Position numbers and translations under genes: made by a program. Positions 41,401 through 51,596 of a stretch of DNA of 64,000 nt are shown here, piece after piece. Under the pieces are notes generated by a model, which saw only the letters and a program-made list of their open reading frames with translations, was not told the DNA's origin and made no database searches. Position 1 is the stretch's first letter. The number at the start of each line of letters is the position of its first letter. The DNA is from a virus, in IMG/VR virus record IMGVR_UViG_3300042878_001341, positions 1 to 64,000 of that record, one strand, 5' to 3'.

Positions 41401-43914
41401 CCATCAAACATCAATAACCCAAATCCTAACCAATCAAATGTTATTATTACTCAACCTGTGATTTCAAATGTTCCATCATCAACCGCTGGTGATGAAGTTG
41501 GATACTTACAATACCCCACAGATGTGGAATATTATCAAATGATAACGGGTATGACCGTAATCAATTTCTTGGCGTTATGTGGGTCTAGCTCAGGTACTTT
41601 CCCAACGAGTGCATTTTTAAGACATAGAATAGAATTTGTATATTGTTGTGACGGTAGTTATAATACTTATGATGCTGGACAAGCTTTAGGACAAATGACA
41701 AACTATGAAAATTTTGAAATTATTATTTTAAACAGAGGGGTTGACGTTCATACTGCACCACAAAAAATAAAATACGATTTATCAAGAATATTTGGTAAAT
41801 CATATGGTAATGTTATTACTGATGAGGGTGATTTTTATTTAAATGTACCTATACAACCAACAGGATTAAAACCTGCAACTCATAACACATCTACAAACTC
41901 GGCAACTAATCTTTATTTTCCATCATATAACTTTAACATAGGACCTGCGGATGGTTCTAACCCTAATTACACTGCTTTTACTTCGGATTATCCTTATTAT
42001 TATTTATCTACAGATGATCTTAGTGTAGTTGCCGATTACCAACCCTATACTTCATGGCAATTTATTGGGTCTTCTTCATTAACTAGTACTCCAAGAACAA
42101 TATTATCAAATAATGATTACACATTACCAAGACAACAAAGTGATTATATTGGTGGTGGGACATTTATAGCCTCTATAAGTAACGGTTCATATCCAAATTG
42201 TGATAATGATAGTCATAATGGAGTTACTCCTAATGATGGAGATGCCGCTAAAGGAGAAATAGGAGTGCCTCCACCTCAATTAAATGCGTTGTATTCTCCT
42301 GCATATTATAGATATGGTTTACCTGGAGTTAATTTTAATGATAAAACTAAGATGGTTATGAGAAGTGACCGTTTACCAACATCTACAAAAACTGAAGATG
42401 GCCCTGGATCTTATAAAACTGGTTATGCGTTACACCAAAATAATAATTTCACATTCTATACTGCTGATGGAACTGCCTCAACATCTGGAACAAATTTAGA
42501 GTCTGATTTGGCTTCAGGTAACCAACTTGATTTACCTGATAATATTGGATCAATTACATCTACGTTAACTTGTGATAATATGGTTTCGTTACAATGTTAT
42601 CAAGGTTCGGGTAATGACGTGACAGTTATACCTCCTGATCAGTGTATTGTACCTGAAAATAGAGTTAAAAAAGGATGTTATTGTTTATTAAATAAAAAGT
42701 ACCTTACAGAATATGATGAAGACGTAAAACTATTCTTAGAGTGGAAAACAAGGTTTACAATTACCTTTGCTGCTTGTCGTGGAGTGTTTGCTCAGGTCTT
42801 CCAAAACAATTGGATAAACGGAGTTTTATATATGTATGCGTTCAATAAAACATCAACATATACAATACAAGATCCTAATACTCCTACTTATAATTATTGT
42901 GATGATGTAATCATTTTTAATGAATTAAATAATGGGTTTTATTATAGATCGTCACCATGGAAAGAAAGTTCACAACAATTTATTGGTAAAAATAAACCTT
43001 TGATTAATCCAAATTGGCCATCATCAATAGTTAATGGATATCCAGGGTTAGGTTATAATGAAAAACAAATTCAATTCCCAACAACAATTGCGGATTTAGG
43101 ACCAAGAGATCAATTCATTACTGAAATATGTAATAACTCAAATTTTAATGGTTATTTGGTTGATCAAGTCAAATCAACCTCATATCAAGATACGTCTGAT
43201 TTAATACAGGTTGGATTTTTATCAAGATTACTAAATGATACGTTTAGACAGGCTATATTACCTATATCAAGTGGTGGGGGTAATACGGAAGGAAAAGGTA
43301 TAATCCAATTCTTTAATAGTGGTAGAAAAGGAGATAGAATTGATGGTGATTTTGCTCAAGCTCTATCAATAAATTCTGAATGGAAAATGAATCCGTTTAT
43401 ATTTGAAAATTACCCTAACCCAGATTCAATTTATTTTGGAAATGACAATCAGTCTCCTGCAAGACCTGTTTTTGGAATTTTATTTGAAACTCCAACCGAG
43501 GAGTATAAATATAGAAGAAGGTTTACTCCTGGTGTTGAAACATATAGTCAATCACCATTAATACAAGATTATTATGGGTATCCAAAAACTCAAGATGTAC
43601 CACATTATCAATGGATAATAGATTCATCACCAAATATATTTGGTTCTGAAAATAATAATTGGTATACGGGTGGTCCTCAATTTTTCCATAAGGGATATCA
43701 AAATTTGGATTTCAATGTTGATCCATATTTCCAATCTTCAACAACTAAATTGGGTATGATAACTAATTTTGATGTTAGTGGACAACCATTACCAACACCA
43801 CAAGTATCGTCACAAGTTATAGTTGGGGCACCATTCCATTTTTATTTTGGATTAAATAATGGTAAAACCGCAATTGATAAATTTGTTAAATTATATGTAA
43901 ATAACGAGGGATAA
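38440..43914 (+). CDS. Large baseplate-region structural protein with N-terminal beta-sandwich (carboxypeptidase-regulatory-like) and internal hydrophobic helices
   Basis: GVVVGRV...LPNAKVSIF...TNDSGDYMIFGVP at the N-terminus. Hydrophobic stretch at about 40183-40521. Cys-rich segments. Confidence 0.55.
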   Translation: MPKSYRIRTQVGVDKYINVKLDQDFDFLEILSLKINQSDLYTKVCSDYGVVVGRVVVNGGFGLPNAKVSIFIPLTPEDELNPTISELYPYKTLSDNNEAGYRYNLLPHDPSYSVHSATGTFPNREEVLIDQTYIEVYDKYYKYTVKTNDSGDYMIFGVPIGTQNVFMDVDLSDIGCFSLTPQDLINAGQATETQVNGSTFKKSTNLSELPQIKTLNKNVDISPLWGQEDICQIGITRVDFDLTNEANVTIRPNAILMGSIISTTNEDALKTSCKPKNNTGNLCELIAGPGQILSIRQTIYPDKNNFPVLEEHKFEQDGKIIDGDGSFLANVPMNLDYIITNEFGEQVISNDPTKGIPTKGRYRFKFKWNNEGGLQNEFQRANFLVPNIKEHGWVSSSTDPFDPNSTTPFSIIMLSTFPVNPPQYTGSTTAASNGGLLFEDSVNSKNFTIYIDDGSGPQPYYGDISVIPVNAGDIVLAVSEPIDNTQQQEVNFTFYPQNYFDLLRSYSFSLDWDDYVDPLSAINCEDTFYEMNYNKVYTTAMFLDRYKNGVSRARHLGIKEIDNRTCKSTVNTFPSNDIIRNFDIIFFIFNILINVLTFPLLVLLFVAHFIAWAWPVLKYLLIVLGIYFAYDAIRDMIDWINSLIEVFAFAPLGGPVINFGLILRIAAQALSFIFRLALSIAFIIFTVKFLLKIKNFPRIGLPMISYPECTSCDCDCGPATLEDDIDANSVNDQIAAQQSNDGVNVYLGQANGFLAPVNVPGSYDVIHPNNQNNPIEDQEDLKKGPFWNGACLDGVTDSCDGDCKVPSLITAAMNQDITPEVAARGIIDYQRMFSGYDIIQSSGTVGDDIIYGDEFALYHAPQPFLFAAWDDGGRDPRDWGFPTKETFPQKLNEFNVRKKYFDGVNKIKTYVNESLGSEPFEDQIVVVLANPGTKDQMQVGKPISFNNPLTSNGYVNITGGTLNEFGNNAITGTTTTGTTSIVVEWADPSNINNPNPNQSNVIITQPVISNVPSSTAGDEVGYLQYPTDVEYYQMITGMTVINFLALCGSSSGTFPTSAFLRHRIEFVYCCDGSYNTYDAGQALGQMTNYENFEIIILNRGVDVHTAPQKIKYDLSRIFGKSYGNVITDEGDFYLNVPIQPTGLKPATHNTSTNSATNLYFPSYNFNIGPADGSNPNYTAFTSDYPYYYLSTDDLSVVADYQPYTSWQFIGSSSLTSTPRTILSNNDYTLPRQQSDYIGGGTFIASISNGSYPNCDNDSHNGVTPNDGDAAKGEIGVPPPQLNALYSPAYYRYGLPGVNFNDKTKMVMRSDRLPTSTKTEDGPGSYKTGYALHQNNNFTFYTADGTASTSGTNLESDLASGNQLDLPDNIGSITSTLTCDNMVSLQCYQGSGNDVTVIPPDQCIVPENRVKKGCYCLLNKKYLTEYDEDVKLFLEWKTRFTITFAACRGVFAQVFQNNWINGVLYMYAFNKTSTYTIQDPNTPTYNYCDDVIIFNELNNGFYYRSSPWKESSQQFIGKNKPLINPNWPSSIVNGYPGLGYNEKQIQFPTTIADLGPRDQFITEICNNSNFNGYLVDQVKSTSYQDTSDLIQVGFLSRLLNDTFRQAILPISSGGGNTEGKGIIQFFNSGRKGDRIDGDFAQALSINSEWKMNPFIFENYPNPDSIYFGNDNQSPARPVFGILFETPTEEYKYRRRFTPGVETYSQSPLIQDYYGYPKTQDVPHYQWIIDSSPNIFGSENNNWYTGGPQFFHKGYQNLDFNVDPYFQSSTTKLGMITNFDVSGQPLPTPQVSSQVIVGAPFHFYFGLNNGKTAIDKFVKLYVNNEG

Positions 43915-43915
43915 G

Positions 43916-45649
43916 ATGATAGATAACTCAACAAATATTGTATTAGGAAGTTTAAGGTATAAGGGATCAAGTGATACTAATCTTTTTATCAACGTCCCAT
44001 TGGAACAAACGGAAAAAGAAATTGTTGAATTTGACAGAAATGTTGATTTAAGTTTACAAAAAGTTTTTGACGATGAAAGACAATTATCTACAATTTTCAG
44101 ACCTGTCACTAAATACACATTCATATTTAAAAATGAATATACGGGGTCAACAAACTATGTACCATATAGAAATAATTTATATTACACAAATGAGTTAAGT
44201 AATGCAATTTCTTACGCAACAAATCCGAATACATCTTGGGATGGTTATCCTCAGTATTGTGAATTTGATTTTATTAGAGTTGATAATGATGTGGTAGGTT
44301 ATACAAAACCACCAAATAATCATATAACATTTATTAATAAAAGTGCTTCCACATATAATTGGACACATTATATGAGTTATGGTTATAGTAACGATTATAC
44401 TAAACCATTATTTGCGATTGATAGTGAGACTAATGTATCTTGGTTTTGGTCGGCATCAGATGGTATACCATTTACAATAACATCAGGTAGTGATGATAAT
44501 GGTAATTATATTAATTTTAAATGTCCTGTGAAACATGGGTTATTAACGGGAGAGTTTGTTGAATTTCCATTTGATTACAATGGGGAGAACATTTTCCAAG
44601 TTAATGGACTTGGCGATTCAGGGTTCGGTAGTGAGGCATATATCTTTAAAATTTATAATGTTGGATTTACAGGTACCACGTTTCAAAACGGAATCACAAG
44701 TACATTTAGAAGAATAATAAATAAAAGTAATAGTGGGGAGACCAGATCAGAATATTATGTGAGGGTACATAAAATATTAACAAATTCTGATTGTGCTATA
44801 TTAATAAAGTCGGGATTTGAACAAAACATATTTGAGTCAAAATCAAAATTTGAAAAAGATGTTTTAAGTCCTAATAATGTGAATAGAACCTCAATTAAAG
44901 AAGGTAATCAATCATATACTTTATCGTTTAATTGTGATATTGATATTAGACCGTTACGTGATAATCAAAATAGACCTATATCTGAATTATTTTTTACTAC
45001 GATATGGAAAGGTTATTTTGGATGGACTAAAGGTATGAAACAAGGGTGGGGATTTAACCAACCTTTAGATAATGGGTTACCAAATTCATGGTGGGATCAA
45101 GGTAATTTCTTATCAAATACAAGTATTACTCAAGGTCAATATAATTCCAATACTTTACCACCTGTTGGACCATTTTACTATAATAATGATTTAATAACTG
45201 GTGATACAATTGATGGTGATTTTTGTGAATGGAATGATTTTGACCAAAATGAAAGAGTAATATCAAGATATGTTCACAAAATAGTTTATAACGATTTAAA
45301 GTTTAATATAGTAACGGACGCTCAACCAACAAATGAGTTTGGTTACTACTATAACCCACATAACCCAATTGTAATTAGAAGATATTCCGATTATATTGAA
45401 GAGGCGGATAGTAATTTAATTTTAGATATTCCCGATTATTCATTTTACTCTAACCTATCAAATAGTTTTAGATGGAGAGATTTATATACTTATGGTTATA
45501 TAGATAATAATGGTATTGGGGTTAATTATCCATTTATGAATGGGAAACATTACCCATTTGTCAATACGATTTTTAGATTAACTCCTGAAGGTATAGGTGT
45601 ACAAAACATAAACAATATTGCAGAACCTATAATAGATGAGTGTGAATAA
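43916..45649 (+). CDS. Putative structural protein
   Basis: 577-aa ORF tightly coupled within the baseplate operon, rich in aromatic residues, Asn and Thr. Confidence 0.55.
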   Translation: MIDNSTNIVLGSLRYKGSSDTNLFINVPLEQTEKEIVEFDRNVDLSLQKVFDDERQLSTIFRPVTKYTFIFKNEYTGSTNYVPYRNNLYYTNELSNAISYATNPNTSWDGYPQYCEFDFIRVDNDVVGYTKPPNNHITFINKSASTYNWTHYMSYGYSNDYTKPLFAIDSETNVSWFWSASDGIPFTITSGSDDNGNYINFKCPVKHGLLTGEFVEFPFDYNGENIFQVNGLGDSGFGSEAYIFKIYNVGFTGTTFQNGITSTFRRIINKSNSGETRSEYYVRVHKILTNSDCAILIKSGFEQNIFESKSKFEKDVLSPNNVNRTSIKEGNQSYTLSFNCDIDIRPLRDNQNRPISELFFTTIWKGYFGWTKGMKQGWGFNQPLDNGLPNSWWDQGNFLSNTSITQGQYNSNTLPPVGPFYYNNDLITGDTIDGDFCEWNDFDQNERVISRYVHKIVYNDLKFNIVTDAQPTNEFGYYYNPHNPIVIRRYSDYIEEADSNLILDIPDYSFYSNLSNSFRWRDLYTYGYIDNNGIGVNYPFMNGKHYPFVNTIFRLTPEGIGVQNINNIAEPIIDECE

Positions 45650-46445
45650 AATTAAAATATTAAGACCAATTAATGATCAGTATGTAGATATTCCTATTGA
45701 AATGAAATGGGATTTTACGGGTAGAGATGATAGTATTTTGGAATATCAAGATGAGATGGTGAAAGAAATTGTGGGTTCACCAAATGATTTTGAAATAAGT
45801 CGTTTCTCAAATAATTCAGATCAAAATGGTAATACTGACATTAATTATGAATTTTATTTTTATGATAATGTATTACCTATAACTGCAAATACTGTCACTC
45901 AGTCAAATTGGGGTATATCTTATATAAATGAAGGTTTTACTAATGAGGAGGTTTATTATTACACCAAACCTTTTACCAAATCATTCTTTAAGTTGGACTT
46001 TTATGACACGACAGATGAGAAGACTCAACAGATTTATTTTACGATAATTCTACCTGTACAACAAGGTGATTTTATGAGTGTTAGTTTAAATGCTTTATTA
46101 CCAAATGTTGACATTAGAAAACCAAAATTCAAGTTGGACTATATTGGAGATAAAGAAGGGTTTTTTATCTATTGGTTAAGAGAACGAGATTTTTATGATA
46201 TTAGTGAATTTTATATGTCGGGTAAATTCTTTGATGCAAAGTTAGGTGTCTACGCGATAATGACCAATACACCACAACCAATAATCACTCCCAATAAATT
46301 TAATTTTTTACCTGAAGACTATTTTTATTACAAAGTAAACTTAGATTATAATAACAAGACATACGAGGTATCATCCACTTCAACCACATTACGTGTTGGA
46401 AATGTGTTGACACCAATAAAATGGTATGAATATGTAAACCCATAA
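45636..46445 (+). CDS. Putative structural protein
   Basis: Overlaps both neighbours. SFFKLDFYDT motif. Confidence 0.55.
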   Translation: MSVNKIKILRPINDQYVDIPIEMKWDFTGRDDSILEYQDEMVKEIVGSPNDFEISRFSNNSDQNGNTDINYEFYFYDNVLPITANTVTQSNWGISYINEGFTNEEVYYYTKPFTKSFFKLDFYDTTDEKTQQIYFTIILPVQQGDFMSVSLNALLPNVDIRKPKFKLDYIGDKEGFFIYWLRERDFYDISEFYMSGKFFDAKLGVYAIMTNTPQPIITPNKFNFLPEDYFYYKVNLDYNNKTYEVSSTSTTLRVGNVLTPIKWYEYVNP

Positions 46446-47623
46446 TGGAAGAACAAAAATATTACTTTAAAATATCTCCTGAAAATGTTTTCGGGGACCT
46501 TAGATTAGTTCAATATACTGGTGGTACTGATGTGTATGATACTACCGATCCTTGTTGTCCTATATTGACAGGTGAAACAACTGTCACGGGTGTTGATTAT
46601 ATCGGAGTTTATACTGGTATGTCTTATGTGTTATCAGGAGGAACAAATGGGGACTCGTTATTAACGGGATTAACAATACCTATTATGATTACTCAAACCG
46701 CAGTTGATATGGGGTATTATTCTGTATTTGACGGTGCGGTTTTACAAAAAGATGTTATTAATAATTTCTTGTTTTCAGCAACAACAGGTAGTCCATACAC
46801 TTACTATTTCTACAATACATCGGATACTGAATTAATTAAATTTTTGTCGTTGGTAACATATGTTGTGGATTGGGGAGATGGATCACCAACTGTAACATTA
46901 ACAAATACGTCACCAATATCACATAACTACCCAACATCTAATAGTGAGTATCAAATCACTATGACCGCTACATCACCATGGGGTATATCAAAAATAACAA
47001 AAACTATTACGACACCATTTGATGATGTTATAATATCAAACCCTAATGGTATTGCTACATTTACACCTGCGGGTGGTAATTGGAGTGCAACCTCATTCAA
47101 TTATGATTATATCTTTAGTGGGGATTCAAATACGGACATAAATGATTTCTTTAGTTACAATTACACTACCATACCATTCTTAATAACAGGATATACCGAA
47201 TCAACAATAAATGATTTGGCTCAGTATGGTCCAAAAAGTAATCTTTATGGTGGTAAATTTAAAATAGGTGTACAGGTAACAGGTACTACAGGTAGTGTCG
47301 GTACCGTATGGGGACCTGACCCAGATGGGTTGTATATTGCTTACACAGTAAATCAAATTGATTATTTTGATTATGAGGACTTTACTCTTTTTATGGTTTA
47401 TTCATCTGGGTTAACAGAAAATGATATTATAATGACAGGTTTAACTAAAAATGAAGCCTTAATAAATGTTATTGATCAACCTGAAGTGCAGACAGATATT
47501 TTTATTGAAAGAGGTAAAAACTCGGCGTTAGAATATATTGATAGACTTGGTGAAGTTGATAATGTTGGGGATTTGGAAAAATACGGATATGGATTTTTTA
47601 ATGTCAAAAAAGATCTTAGTTAA
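46445..47623 (+). CDS. Putative structural protein with PKD-like domain
   Basis: YVVDWGDGS...SHNY...YQITMTA is a PKD-like pattern. TAATG coupling to the upstream gene. Confidence 0.6.
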   Translation: MEEQKYYFKISPENVFGDLRLVQYTGGTDVYDTTDPCCPILTGETTVTGVDYIGVYTGMSYVLSGGTNGDSLLTGLTIPIMITQTAVDMGYYSVFDGAVLQKDVINNFLFSATTGSPYTYYFYNTSDTELIKFLSLVTYVVDWGDGSPTVTLTNTSPISHNYPTSNSEYQITMTATSPWGISKITKTITTPFDDVIISNPNGIATFTPAGGNWSATSFNYDYIFSGDSNTDINDFFSYNYTTIPFLITGYTESTINDLAQYGPKSNLYGGKFKIGVQVTGTTGSVGTVWGPDPDGLYIAYTVNQIDYFDYEDFTLFMVYSSGLTENDIIMTGLTKNEALINVIDQPEVQTDIFIERGKNSALEYIDRLGEVDNVGDLEKYGYGFFNVKKDLS

Positions 47624-47670
47624 GTATTTATTAGATGAGTAAAAATAAACTAAAAATAAATTAAATTCTT

Positions 47671-48576
47671 GTGGCTACAGGTAATTACGGAACAATAAGA
47701 AGTGCGGACGTTAGTCCTGATGATGTAGAGATCATCTTGAATTATACGCCATCAAGGGATCAAACGGATAATTTTATTTTAACAAAATTAGATGCTAAAT
47801 CTATTTTGCGACCATATTTTCATAATTCGGCAACAGGAGGTAATGCAAATGTTGAGATTTTAGGTGGTTTATATAACCTAAAATTACCGGCAGATCAATT
47901 TAATAAATTAGGTATATACACATTGTATATTAGACCTGCTGAAATTAGAACTAAAATAACAGATTGTGGTGTTTTATCTTCATTACCTAATGTAAAAGGT
48001 ATTGTAATAGATTTGAATAATGTTCCATCACAATATAGAAATAAGTTTGTTAATCAAGGTTTAATTGGTTTTAGAGTTGAATATTTAAATTCAGATGGGA
48101 CTAAAATACCTAACTTTTTTAGAATTGTAACCTCATCATTTTATTGTGAACCAGTTGTTCAGAATTTAACAAATACATCACAAAAGGCGATTAGATATAG
48201 ATATGTTGAAAGTTCATCAAACTTACTTTTTTGTACCCTTTCACCATCTTCTTCACCTACTAACAAGCCAAATGCAACGCCTTTTATCGGTCAACCTGAT
48301 CAAAATGTTGTTATAACAAATACATTCTTTAATCCTATAACAACTGAAGTTGAGATAGTAGAACATGACATATCAACATTGGCAATTGCTCTTTATGGTA
48401 ACCAAACCAAATCTATTGATGATGGAATTTACACAATCTATGATAGTGCTAATAACATTTACAAACAATACAATTTATTTGAAGTACGTGATCAATTTAA
48501 TGAGTTATTATATGAGGTTAGACAAGATAGAAATAATAACATTGATTTTAGCAAAAGTTTTAACAATATAGTATAA
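47671..48576 (+). CDS. Putative structural protein
   Basis: GTG start, preceded by TATTTAT at 47625-47631. Lies in the baseplate cluster. Confidence 0.55.
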   Translation: MATGNYGTIRSADVSPDDVEIILNYTPSRDQTDNFILTKLDAKSILRPYFHNSATGGNANVEILGGLYNLKLPADQFNKLGIYTLYIRPAEIRTKITDCGVLSSLPNVKGIVIDLNNVPSQYRNKFVNQGLIGFRVEYLNSDGTKIPNFFRIVTSSFYCEPVVQNLTNTSQKAIRYRYVESSSNLLFCTLSPSSSPTNKPNATPFIGQPDQNVVITNTFFNPITTEVEIVEHDISTLAIALYGNQTKSIDDGIYTIYDSANNIYKQYNLFEVRDQFNELLYEVRQDRNNNIDFSKSFNNIV

Positions 48577-48578
48577 CG

Positions 48579-51500
48579 ATGGCGGTAACAAAATATACGT
48601 GTCCACCCCAAACCCCAAGCGGTCAGGGAACTTTTTCGGACAACTTAGTTGGTTTACAACTTGTTGACGGGGGAGGTTTTACGCAGGCAAATTTTGAGTT
48701 TACTACATCAATAACCGAAAAACAGGATAGAAATTTTTCAATCGGAGCATTTTCTGAACCAATATCTTTAGATAGTTTAAATATCCAAAGTATTACAGAA
48801 TCAAGATTAATACAGGCTAATAATTTTAAAGTTTACCCTAATTTTGATTTATCCCAAGTAACTAATTTTACGTTATATGGGTCTTTAGTCAAAAGGATAT
48901 CAACATCTATTTCACATATAATTAATTTTTTTCCTGCGGCTTTAGAAATTACATCAACACTACCAAATTATAGTACTACTGAAACGGCATTAAACATTCA
49001 GTACGATCCTGTTGAGGATGAAACGACATTTGATGTTTTGATTAATTCATTAAGAAACCCGTTTGATATAGATTATAGTTCAAATTCAAATAGAAATTTT
49101 GAATTACTTGAAATTGAAGTTTCATCTTTAAGGAATTTCACATTAAATTACCCAAAATATTCATTATTCATTAATGGTGGTGAATATCCTTTTATATTTT
49201 ATAGTCCATCTAACAACACATCTACGACATTAAATTTTGTTGTTAAAGGTAACCCGTTCTCAGGTAATAGTATTTCTTATGATACGGTACTTATTAGACC
49301 TAATGATATGTATGTTAACAAAACATTCAATGAGGCAATGGATGAGGTTGAGCAATTTTTGTTGAACAGATCCATTACCCCGATATACACATCAACGTTT
49401 ACGGTACCAAGAGAGAATGAAGATGGTACGGTTTATTTAACGACTCAAGCGATCACATTCCCTAAGAATGGTCAATGGAATTTAGATATTACATCATTAG
49501 CGTTTGATAATTATCTTACGACTTTGAATGATTTTGCAGCTAACTTAGATTTATATCGTACTAATTTAATATCACGTTTTTTAACAACAGGAGCAATCAA
49601 AGAATTTGATACTCCTGATCAAAAAATTGAAAAAGTTTTACAAATATACGGTAGAAGTTTTGACGAAACTAAAAAGTTTATATCGGCATTATCTAACATG
49701 AATAATGTTAATTATAATGTAAAAAATGACATACCATCTCAGTTATTAAAAAATTTAGCAATGACATTAGGTTGGGATACAAACATATCTCCAATCACAA
49801 ATGACCAATTATTAGATTCTGTATTTAGTACGGGCACTAATGAGTTTAGCGGATTATCGGTGGGTATGACACCTGAAGAACTTAATTATCAATACTATAG
49901 AAACTTAATTTTAAATTCTGCTTATCTTTTTAAATCTAAAGGTACCAGAAAATCTATTGAAATATTATTAAGATTGATTGGGGCTCCTGAGGCGTTAATT
50001 GAATTTAATGAATACATATACATTGCGGATCAGAAAATTAATATTGAGGAGTTTAATGGTCAGTACGCTAATTTATCTGGGGGTACCTATACTCAGCAAT
50101 TACCAATATTAGATACTACCGATATCTACTCAATACAAGGTCAACAATTTACAGGTTTTACCACGACAAGTATTATAAGTGATGTGAATGTTTTTCCCGA
50201 AGACTATCCAATAGATAATTTTGGATATCCGACGATGCCGTCAGTGAGTGATTCATACTTTTTCCAAATTGGAGGAGGGTGGTTTGAATCAACACCACAA
50301 CATAGAATGCCAGAGCAAGTAGATAGTACTAATAGTGTATTTATTGGATCTAATCCTAATTATCAAACTACATTATTACCATTTAATTATGGTGAACAAT
50401 ATTTACAAAGATACAGAACTTTCCCTTATATGACTTTAGGGTATAAACTACGTAGAGTGGTGGATAATAAGAAAAGTTGGACCGATACTGATGATGGTTT
50501 AAGAACTAATTTTGATGGTGGGTTTAATGCGTATTATCCTGTTGGTGATGACAAATTGGTGGTTAATGTTAAGAATGTAGACATATTTATGAATCCGGCT
50601 CAAGGGTTAGTTTATGATGTATGGACAATGTCAAGACAATATAATTACCCAATTCCAAATGAAGGTTTAAATTATATTGAACCAACACGTTGTAACCCAA
50701 CTCCAAACACTCCTTATCCGGAAAGAGGTGGGATTGATTGGACTGAAATAAAACCAAAACCAAAAGAAAAAACATTCTTTGAATTTGCGCAAACTTTTTG
50801 GCATAACACAATTAATGTTAGAAATAGACAATTTATTACCGATGGTAAAACAGGTGGTTACCCAACCCTTCAATCTATATATTGGAAGTATTTGGAATCA
50901 GGTCAAGCAATCAATGTACCTAACGATAACTTTACATATCAAACAATGATTGATTATGTGAATGGTTTGGGAACTTATTGGATAAAATTAATTGAACAAA
51001 TGGTACCTGCAACCACAATATGGAATACGGGAACCAAATTAGAAAATTCAATTTTCCACAGACAAAAGTTTGTATGGAGAAGACAAATGGGTTGTCAACT
51101 TGTTCCAGTACCTTGTGATCCTTGTTATGCAATTGGTCAGTTAGTGCCTTTTGATTGTCCAATACAATCTGTTAATTGTCCTATTTACCCTTGGGGTTCT
51201 GACCCTCTTATTAACTCATTTGGGTCTGTTTTAGGACAAGTTTTAACTACATATTTAGATAATAATGGTTATGATTTGAATAACGATTGTTTGGCGAATA
51301 CTATAACATCTGAATGGTATGTTGACGTGAGATTAAATGGAACTCAAATAGTGGACTACAAATTTTTTGATGGATATGGTTATTCTGTTAGTGGAACAAG
51401 TTTTCCGACTCAAGTAAATTGGTTAAATGCACTTTATGATTCATTACCACAAATGATTAATGAAGGTTTAACATTTAATATTGATGAAACAACCAATATT

Positions 51501-51596
51501 GTGACTATATATAATAATAATTGTGTTTCTCTTAATGATGAAAACAATTTGGAATTAAATGTGGGGATAAATTTTGACATAACTTGTAATCAATAA
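48579..51596 (+). CDS. Baseplate wedge protein (P2 gpI / T4 gp7-like core)
   Basis: IPSQLLKNLAMTLGW...YYRNLILNSAYLFKSKGTRKSIEILLRLIG matches the gpI-like L..LA..LGW...KGT motif. Confidence 0.6.
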   Translation: MAVTKYTCPPQTPSGQGTFSDNLVGLQLVDGGGFTQANFEFTTSITEKQDRNFSIGAFSEPISLDSLNIQSITESRLIQANNFKVYPNFDLSQVTNFTLYGSLVKRISTSISHIINFFPAALEITSTLPNYSTTETALNIQYDPVEDETTFDVLINSLRNPFDIDYSSNSNRNFELLEIEVSSLRNFTLNYPKYSLFINGGEYPFIFYSPSNNTSTTLNFVVKGNPFSGNSISYDTVLIRPNDMYVNKTFNEAMDEVEQFLLNRSITPIYTSTFTVPRENEDGTVYLTTQAITFPKNGQWNLDITSLAFDNYLTTLNDFAANLDLYRTNLISRFLTTGAIKEFDTPDQKIEKVLQIYGRSFDETKKFISALSNMNNVNYNVKNDIPSQLLKNLAMTLGWDTNISPITNDQLLDSVFSTGTNEFSGLSVGMTPEELNYQYYRNLILNSAYLFKSKGTRKSIEILLRLIGAPEALIEFNEYIYIADQKINIEEFNGQYANLSGGTYTQQLPILDTTDIYSIQGQQFTGFTTTSIISDVNVFPEDYPIDNFGYPTMPSVSDSYFFQIGGGWFESTPQHRMPEQVDSTNSVFIGSNPNYQTTLLPFNYGEQYLQRYRTFPYMTLGYKLRRVVDNKKSWTDTDDGLRTNFDGGFNAYYPVGDDKLVVNVKNVDIFMNPAQGLVYDVWTMSRQYNYPIPNEGLNYIEPTRCNPTPNTPYPERGGIDWTEIKPKPKEKTFFEFAQTFWHNTINVRNRQFITDGKTGGYPTLQSIYWKYLESGQAINVPNDNFTYQTMIDYVNGLGTYWIKLIEQMVPATTIWNTGTKLENSIFHRQKFVWRRQMGCQLVPVPCDPCYAIGQLVPFDCPIQSVNCPIYPWGSDPLINSFGSVLGQVLTTYLDNNGYDLNNDCLANTITSEWYVDVRLNGTQIVDYKFFDGYGYSVSGTSFPTQVNWLNALYDSLPQMINEGLTFNIDETTNIVTIYNNNCVSLNDENNLELNVGINFDITCNQ